IMG/VR virus record: IMGVR_UViG_3300042268_000564
Reading direction: 5' to 3' (one strand)
DNA length: 64,000 bases
DNA from: a virus
Taxonomy: Duplodnaviria; Caudoviricetes
The notes under the pieces are model-generated. The model was not told the origin of the DNA. It saw only the letters and a program-made list of their open reading frames with translations, and made no database searches. Within the stretch, counting starts at the first letter, position 1; every line of letters begins with the position of its first letter. The position numbers were made by a program, and so were the translations under genes. Below are positions 58,710-64,000 of this stretch, one piece after another.

Positions 58710-58954
58710 AGCATTTCAATTGCTTGCATTTCAGACTCGGCTATTTCTGTCTCGTGTTGTTCGTAGACATTGTCCAATGCGTCAAATATTGCTTGGCGTA
58801 TTGGTGTGATGGAATTTTTAATATCTCGCAACTCTCTCATAAAATCCTTGTAAGCTTTTTTACTGCCTCTGGCATTAGTGAGATGTTTGCGATAGTTTTC
58901 TTCACAGCTTTGGAATAGACAAAATAGTCGTTCCATTTCATCGATTTTGGGCAC
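58706..58954 (-). CDS. Small helical hypothetical protein
   Basis: AGGAG upstream of the GTG at 58954; stop overlaps the sbcC stop. Confidence 0.55.
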   Translation of the reverse strand: MPKIDEMERLFCLFQSCEENYRKHLTNARGSKKAYKDFMRELRDIKNSITPIRQAIFDALDNVYEQHETEIAESEMQAIEML

Positions 58955-59010
58955 TCTGAGTTCTCCTAAAGTATTGAGTATGTTTTTATTATAGCATTGG
59001 AGGTGCAATC

Positions 59011-59379
59011 ATGGAAATTAGTTGGCAAACAATCAAATTGGTATTACTTGCCATAGTTGGTGGCGTGCTATGGTTTCTTGGATGGTTATTTGGTAAAAAA
59101 AATTCACCTGTAAAAGTGCCCGACACTAAGGAAAAAGAAAAGGAGGCTGCACGTAAAGAGGGTAGGGTCGAGGTCAAAGAGGAAGCAGTCGAAAATAAAC
59201 TTGATGAAGCTGAAAAAAATTCTGAAAAAGCAGAAGAACATTTAAAGGAAGCAGATAAAATAAGAGAAGAAATCGAAAAAAGTAAAGAAGAAGAAAAAGA
59301 GCTTCTTGAAAATCGGGAAACGTATGACGATGCTACGCCCGATGAAATCGATGACGAGTTTAAAAAGCGAGGTTATTAA
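59011..59379 (+). CDS. N-terminal TM plus charged coiled coil (i-spanin-like architecture)
   Basis: GGAGG RBS; LVLLAIVGGVLWFLGWLFG then an E/K-rich helix. Confidence 0.55.
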   Translation: MEISWQTIKLVLLAIVGGVLWFLGWLFGKKNSPVKVPDTKEKEKEAARKEGRVEVKEEAVENKLDEAEKNSEKAEEHLKEADKIREEIEKSKEEEKELLENRETYDDATPDEIDDEFKKRGY

Positions 59380-59381
59380 CG

Positions 59382-59897
59382 TTGTTTAAGAGAATAGTCT
59401 GTGGTGTTTTGATTTTCTCTCTCATTTCTCAATCTGTTGTTTTTGCTGGCGGAATTATTCGTAAAGGACAAACATTCACGGCGCATGAAGACGTGCGTTG
59501 GTTTTCCATGACAGAAGCAAGGCAATTACTTAATGAATTAAGTAAGAAAGATGCTCTCGAAGCACAAGTTACTTTATTGAAAAATAGAGAGCAGAGATAT
59601 GAGGGTGAAATTTATGTCCTGCGTCAAGCTGAGGCTGCAAGGAAAGACGCTGTAGAGGCGTGTCAGCAAGCGATAGGCATCATGAAAGAAGCGATGGCTG
59701 AATTGAAAGATGTTAATAAGATGTATAAGGATATTGTGTTAGTTCAGCAAGAAGCTTTAGGGAAACAGGCTGTTCAGGTTCAACAAGCGCAGAGAAGTCG
59801 CCGCAGAGGCAATGTTGTGTCGTTTATTTTGGGATTAGCGGCACCTATTGGTGGCGCATTTGCGCTTGGTCGTATCGGGCAATTTTTGAAATTCTAA
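59382..59897 (+). CDS. Exported coiled-coil protein with a C-terminal hydrophobic helix (possible spanin partner)
   Basis: Signal-peptide-like MFKRIVCGVLIFSLISQSVVFA; C-term VVSFILGLAAPIGGAFAL. Confidence 0.5.
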   Translation: MFKRIVCGVLIFSLISQSVVFAGGIIRKGQTFTAHEDVRWFSMTEARQLLNELSKKDALEAQVTLLKNREQRYEGEIYVLRQAEAARKDAVEACQQAIGIMKEAMAELKDVNKMYKDIVLVQQEALGKQAVQVQQAQRSRRRGNVVSFILGLAAPIGGAFALGRIGQFLKF

Positions 59898-59990
59898 AAA
59901 AACCCGTAAATGTTGGCACTTTTTAAGATTGGTAATTTTGCAAAGTAATAAGTGTAACATTTTTTCTTAGTTAATAATGGAGGGCATATT

Positions 59991-61274
59991 ATGGGACAAG
60001 GCGGACGTGGTGGCGGAATCACAGTTACCAGAACATCAGATGGACAAATACAGTTAAGTGGTAGAGTCGGCAAGAAAATGCGTGAAAAACTTGGTGATGC
60101 TACTGCCGACAAACTTAATAAATTGGCGAGAGAAGGCAAGAAATTGAATGTTGGTGCGGTAAAAGCTGCACTTACAATTAAGGGCGCAAAAGGCACACCA
60201 AAAGTTCTCGCTGACACAATCGCAAATTTCAGTCAAAAAGGTGGCGCACCTGTTGGCACTAAGTTAAGAGTTGGGCTTAATAGCAAGGGTGAAGTTGGAA
60301 CCACAATGAGAGATTCCAGTGGCAAGCTTAAATTTAAAGCTACTGTTGATGAGCTTCGCAAAGTGACTAAACTCAAAAATTTGGTTCCAAAAGCTAATAA
60401 GGGCGAGAACGCAGGTGTCTCAGTTGCGAATCCTTTGAAAAGCAAGGCTAATCCTATTACCGTAGGACAAGCTCAGGCATCTGCTGCGGCAGGCGGGAAG
60501 TTTGGTGATAACGTTCCTAAGATTGGAGACATTAAAGGTAATAAAGCACCTAACGAAACTGCCATGAATTTGGTGAAATCACTCCAGAGTACAGCACAGC
60601 GAGAGATATCAAAACAAATAGCTGATGTTGCTGCAAAGCTCGGTCGTGACGCAAACCTTTCAAAAGAAGCTCATGCTGAAGCCATGGGCAAGGCTGAGAA
60701 GCTTTCTCTTGCTTCTAAGGAAGTTAAAGCCCGTCTTACTGGCAAAGAAGCTACTCTTGCTGATAAACACGCAGTAAGAGACCAAGTTCGTGCTGAGGCT
60801 ATTGCCGCTCTTAGTGCCAATAAAGATGTAGGACTCGCCAAGCAGATTCTTTCTCTTAAGAAAGAGTATGAGACTAAAGGTGTAATGGTTCTTATGACCA
60901 AAACTGGCACTGCTGCGACCGAGGGTAAGCGTGTTGGGCCTGATGCTGACACGCAATACAAAAGCACTACTGGTGCAGGTGCGAAACTTCCACCTAACAC
61001 CCACTATGGTTATTTCCAGACTGCAAATGTTGGAAAGACTGGCGATGCTGCTGGCAAACTGAATATTAGCATTACTGATGAAACTCGTAGATTGACTGGT
61101 GAAAAATCAGCGGCTGCTGCAACTGACAATCGTTTCACTACCACTCGTGCCGAAAATATTGACAGGATGTTTGTTAAAAATGGTAATCAGTGGAGCGAAG
61201 TTACTGACAAGGGACTTAAGCCAGTAAAAGATGTGTGGAAAGAAATTGGCGCAGAAGCTCCAAAAGCTGAATAA
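59991..61274 (+). CDS. Basic Lys/Ala/Gly-rich protein, candidate internal virion or DNA-binding protein
   Basis: GGAGG RBS, own terminator, strongly basic composition; N-terminus paralogous to 63550. Confidence 0.6.
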   Translation: MGQGGRGGGITVTRTSDGQIQLSGRVGKKMREKLGDATADKLNKLAREGKKLNVGAVKAALTIKGAKGTPKVLADTIANFSQKGGAPVGTKLRVGLNSKGEVGTTMRDSSGKLKFKATVDELRKVTKLKNLVPKANKGENAGVSVANPLKSKANPITVGQAQASAAAGGKFGDNVPKIGDIKGNKAPNETAMNLVKSLQSTAQREISKQIADVAAKLGRDANLSKEAHAEAMGKAEKLSLASKEVKARLTGKEATLADKHAVRDQVRAEAIAALSANKDVGLAKQILSLKKEYETKGVMVLMTKTGTAATEGKRVGPDADTQYKSTTGAGAKLPPNTHYGYFQTANVGKTGDAAGKLNISITDETRRLTGEKSAAAATDNRFTTTRAENIDRMFVKNGNQWSEVTDKGLKPVKDVWKEIGAEAPKAE

Positions 61275-61291
61275 GTAATAAGGTTCACAAT

Positions 61292-61320
61292 AAAAGAGGC
61301 AGAAAATTCTGCCTCTTTTT
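61292..61320. terminator. Bidirectional-type intrinsic terminator
   Basis: AAAAGAGGCAGAA-AA-TTCTGCCTCTTTT inverted repeat. Confidence 0.8.
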
Positions 61321-61325
61321 CCTTT

Positions 61326-61353
61326 TTGACAATGTTACAATTTGCTATATAAT
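61326..61353 (+). promoter_or_regulatory. Sigma70-type promoter, probably giving a leaderless mRNA
   Basis: TTGACA-16 nt-TATAAT with the ATG 6 nt downstream and no RBS. Confidence 0.7.
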
Positions 61354-61359
61354 AGCAAT

Positions 61360-61554
61360 ATGGACGATAAAGAAAAGATTGAGCTAGACGCATTAAACAT
61401 TAAAATCAAAGTAATGCGAGAGACGCAAATTTTGATACTAGTGTATCTATTTTTGATGGTTGTATGGTTTGCTTTGCAGGTGATGCAAGTATTGATTCCA
61501 GCCAAGCCAGAAATTAAAGCAGAAAAACCTCCTGAAGTAGTTGAGCTGAAGTAA
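61360..61554 (+). CDS. Small single-TM protein
   Basis: ILILVYLFLMVVWFALQVM; ATG at 61360. Confidence 0.6.
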   Translation: MDDKEKIELDALNIKIKVMRETQILILVYLFLMVVWFALQVMQVLIPAKPEIKAEKPPEVVELK

Positions 61555-61763
61555 TGGACTTTGATATAGAGCTTGCGCAACAAAATAAACAGGTTGCTCC
61601 ACCAGAGGTGCCACCAGAAGAACAAAATCCTGAACTTAAAGAACGACTAAAGCAACATGACAGGCTGCTTTATTGGTCAGTTATCTGCATGAAAATAGCC
61701 ACCTTTTCGTTATTCATTTCCATAATAAAAAGCACAGTAGAAGTGTTTTCTAAACTTTTTTAA
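61554..61763 (+). CDS. Small membrane protein
   Basis: TAATG overlap; hydrophobic C-terminus. Confidence 0.55.
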   Translation: MDFDIELAQQNKQVAPPEVPPEEQNPELKERLKQHDRLLYWSVICMKIATFSLFISIIKSTVEVFSKLF

Positions 61764-61780
61764 TTTTTTTTGCTTCACTG

Positions 61781-61844
61781 CTTGACACTTTTTTGCTTTT
61801 CATTATAATAAAAGTATAAAGATGAAAAACAAAGGAGCCGAGCA
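61781..61844 (+). promoter_or_regulatory. Sigma70-type promoter plus conserved leader/RBS cassette (copy 2)
   Basis: TTGACA (61782-61787), 16 nt, TATAAT (61804-61809), then AAAAGTATAAAGA...ACAAAGGAGCCGAGCA-ATG. Confidence 0.85.
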
Positions 61845-62153
61845 ATGAAAGTAACAATTTTCCATAAAGAACATGAATGGGGGTATGAATATTCACCCGT
61901 GGTTAACATGGACAAATGTGAAAAGGTTGCTGATGTAGAAGTGGCAACTGATAATGAAATGGAAGCTCTCGAAACAGCTTACTATCTCACCAATAACATT
62001 GATGAGTCATGGACTAACATGTCTAGACGCAGCAACATTGTGAGCACTCACCTTGAGAATGCACGTTCAACATCAGTTGGTGATGTGGCTGTTGTTAATG
62101 GTAAAACCTTCGTGGTTGCACCATGTGGCTTTGAAAAAGCTGTGATGGCATAA
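61845..62153 (+). CDS. Early-type small protein with a YodL-like RSxSVGDV motif
   Basis: AYYLTNN...ARSTSVGDVAVVNGKTFVVAPCGF. Confidence 0.6.
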   Translation: MKVTIFHKEHEWGYEYSPVVNMDKCEKVADVEVATDNEMEALETAYYLTNNIDESWTNMSRRSNIVSTHLENARSTSVGDVAVVNGKTFVVAPCGFEKAVMA

Positions 62154-62163
62154 GGAGGCTAGT

Positions 62164-62760
62164 ATGTTAGTAGAACTTAAAGAGAAAAATGTTCTGGTTC
62201 GCAAATTGCCTTTAAAGATTCAAAATGTAATTAAGTGGTTGTTTAACGACCCGCCAAAGACTGCAAGAGTTTCATATGCTGCCAAAAAACGTGTTGGTGG
62301 CTCATGGCACGACTATAACGTTCCTACGGCTACGTTGCTTAAAATGTCGGGTGCTGTTGTGTGGGAAAGACATGGCTGCACTTATGAGAGCATGATAAAC
62401 GCAGACCCTGAAACTCGTGAGTTCATGGATGGCATGGAGAAAGAGATTCAGAGGGATGAGGCTCTGATTCTTACGCAGTCATATCCAAAAATTGTTGAAG
62501 TTATATACAATCCGATTGCCTCAACAAAAGAATACGTAAATATTTCGCCAGAAGCTGCAAAATTACTTTACGACATAAAAGGTGCGGGAACTAGCAAAGT
62601 CTATCGTGAACGTGTAATTGCAGGTGCGGCTGAAAGTGCATTTGACGAGCTTGAAGACAAAGGCTTTGTTTCTACAAGACGGACTCTGACACCGAAAGGT
62701 AAAGAATTGGCAAGAAACATTAATATTGCCGAAGTGGAATTTCATTTAAAAAACAAATAA
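62164..62760 (+). CDS. Hypothetical protein with a C-terminal winged-helix-like segment
   Basis: AAGGAGG RBS; ELEDKGFV..LTPKGKELA. Confidence 0.6.
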   Translation: MLVELKEKNVLVRKLPLKIQNVIKWLFNDPPKTARVSYAAKKRVGGSWHDYNVPTATLLKMSGAVVWERHGCTYESMINADPETREFMDGMEKEIQRDEALILTQSYPKIVEVIYNPIASTKEYVNISPEAAKLLYDIKGAGTSKVYRERVIAGAAESAFDELEDKGFVSTRRTLTPKGKELARNINIAEVEFHLKNK

Positions 62761-62782
62761 TTTATAGTTCATACACTATTAT

Positions 62783-62813
62783 AAAAAGTGCCTGCAAATA
62801 CGGGCACTTTTTT
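62783..62813. terminator. Intrinsic terminator
   Basis: AAAAAGTGCCTG-CAAATA-CGGGCACTTTTT (one G-U pair). Confidence 0.75.
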
Positions 62814-62854
62814 ATTTTTCTAAAAAATAAAATAAAAAGTAAGAGGGAGTGCAA

Positions 62855-63085
62855 ATGTCAGATGTAAACTTTGTAAGGATGAAGATGTGTGGCGGTTTGT
62901 TGGCGGAAGGCTTGCGACCAGCATGGGTGCAAGTAGAAAAACTTAACACTGGTGGATATATGGTGAAAGCGTTAGTTGTTAATGTTGCTACACCTGACAT
63001 TGAGGATGCACAGGTAATCCCTTTTGATTATAGAGTTGATGCAATTGAAAGCGGGGGCAAGCTGAATGACGATTTTAATGGCTGA
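62855..63085 (+). CDS. Hypothetical protein
   Basis: GAGGGAG RBS. Confidence 0.55.
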   Translation: MSDVNFVRMKMCGGLLAEGLRPAWVQVEKLNTGGYMVKALVVNVATPDIEDAQVIPFDYRVDAIESGGKLNDDFNG

Positions 63086-63527
63086 GAAATTCTCTTTTAA
63101 CTCGAAAGACAAAAAGAAGCAAAAACTGGAACGTCCTAAAAAAGGACGTCCACGCAATAAATTTGTAAGCTATAAAACTTATTGGTGCCTTCCTTATGGC
63201 TTGTTTTGTGACGCAGCTCGTCGTTGTGGCAAATGTGCTGAGGAATCGCCTGAGCATTCAATGCCTTATCCTTTTACTGATTTTGATTGTCAGAGATATG
63301 TAAAAATCTCATCGTCTTTTTTGACAAAGTTTCCGATAGAAAAGCTTACTAAGATTTTGCAGGACGCTTTTTTAAGTTTAATGTCTAAGTTGGGTGCTGG
63401 AACCAATGTAAATATGTTAGTTGAAGATATTCAAGAGAGTGATAACGGCAAGTTTTATGTAAAGTTTTGTGTGAAGTATAATTTTCAAGAGAACTTGCGT
63501 GAGAGGCATATTGAAGTTGTTGTTTAA
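63066..63527 (+). CDS. Hypothetical protein with an AT-hook-like KGRPR and a Cys cluster
   Basis: KKGRPRNK; WCLP..FC..CGKC..DC. Confidence 0.55.
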   Translation: MTILMAEKFSFNSKDKKKQKLERPKKGRPRNKFVSYKTYWCLPYGLFCDAARRCGKCAEESPEHSMPYPFTDFDCQRYVKISSSFLTKFPIEKLTKILQDAFLSLMSKLGAGTNVNMLVEDIQESDNGKFYVKFCVKYNFQENLRERHIEVVV

Positions 63528-63549
63528 GAAAAAGTAAAGGTGGTCTGTT

Positions 63550-64000
63550 ATGAAGGGTGGCTTATCAGTTGTAAAGGTATCGGATGGAAAGCTTAAATTT
63601 GCGGGGAAAATCGATTCTCGAACAAGAAAGGCACTTGGGGACAAGGCTGCTGATAAAATAGCTGGTCTCATAAAAAAGGGCACCCCTTTAAATTCAACTG
63701 CATTAAAAGCTCTTTTAACACATAAGTCTGCATTAGCTAAAAAGCTCTCGGATTTTGCAGCGAAGCGAGCGGGTAGCGCAGGTACTAAAATGTCAGTCAA
63801 AGATGACAAAGTAGCTTATTCTGGGAATAAAAATGCTACAATAAAGGTTTCGCCGTCTGCCGTATTCGGCAATAAGTCTAATCCTTATATTAATATAACG
63901 CAGGTCGATGTTAATAAGAATAAAGGCGTAATGGCGACAAAAGATTTGATAGATGACCTTGCTGAGAAATTAGGTGTGCCCAAAAATGCAAAATCTAACG
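63550..64000 (+). CDS. Basic protein paralogous to 59991-61274, 3'-truncated (not in the ORF track)
   Basis: Frame is open from the ATG at 63550 to the window end: MKGGLSVVKVSDGKLKFAGKIDSRTRKALGDKAADKI... Confidence 0.75.
   Translation, partial: MKGGLSVVKVSDGKLKFAGKIDSRTRKALGDKAADKIAGLIKKGTPLNSTALKALLTHKSALAKKLSDFAAKRAGSAGTKMSVKDDKVAYSGNKNATIKVSPSAVFGNKSNPYINITQVDVNKNKGVMATKDLIDDLAEKLGVPKNAKSN

Noticed and set aside
58706-58954. Histone H1-like (Hc1) assignment
   Set aside because: Only a vague helical resemblance; not supportable without a profile search.
1-64000. Many short minus-strand and alternate-frame ORFs in the track (e.g. 22688-23200, 53052-53510, 54701-55201, 58724-58918, 63417-63809)
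   Set aside because: They lie within longer, better-supported genes and show no RBS or recognisable motif; treated as shadow ORFs.
1-64000. Stop-codon reassignment
   Set aside because: Standard-code ORFs tile the window densely and TGA ends many genes through ATGA overlaps. The single interrupted ORF at 7832 is insufficient evidence.
1-64000. CRISPR arrays, tRNA or rRNA genes
   Set aside because: No regularly spaced repeats seen; intergenic gaps are short and mostly explained by promoters and terminators. tRNAscan and Infernal were not run.

Overview
This 64 kb window is a densely coding, almost entirely + strand segment of a large (probably jumbo) contractile-tailed dsDNA phage that uses the standard genetic code. 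1-39 kb is a tail/baseplate region: an oversized central spike, gp25-like and baseplate-J-like genes, a wedge protein fused to a GH114-like domain, about 15 Ig/Fn3-rich structural genes and two tail-fibre-like genes. It is interrupted by a free-standing LAGLIDADG endonuclease, a dUTPase and an intact histidine kinase/receiver pair. 39-41.7 kb encodes two HEXXH zincin-like proteins. 41.7-58.7 kb is replication/recombination (DnaE, SF2 helicase, SSB, Mre11/Rad50-like pair) plus an M16 peptidase with a long tail. The right end holds a possible spanin-like pair, two paralogous basic proteins and small early-type genes. The most striking signal is that Fn3/Ig domains in the tail region appear systematically split between genes: several proteins end one or two beta-strands short, while others (including the baseplate wedge) carry matching orphan strands or hairpins, suggesting a strand-complementation network that builds a branched appendage. 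Other highlights are the two-component system inside the tail operon, apparent avoidance of GATC and CCWGG, and a conserved promoter-leader cassette. All family assignments come from motif recognition by eye, not database searches.
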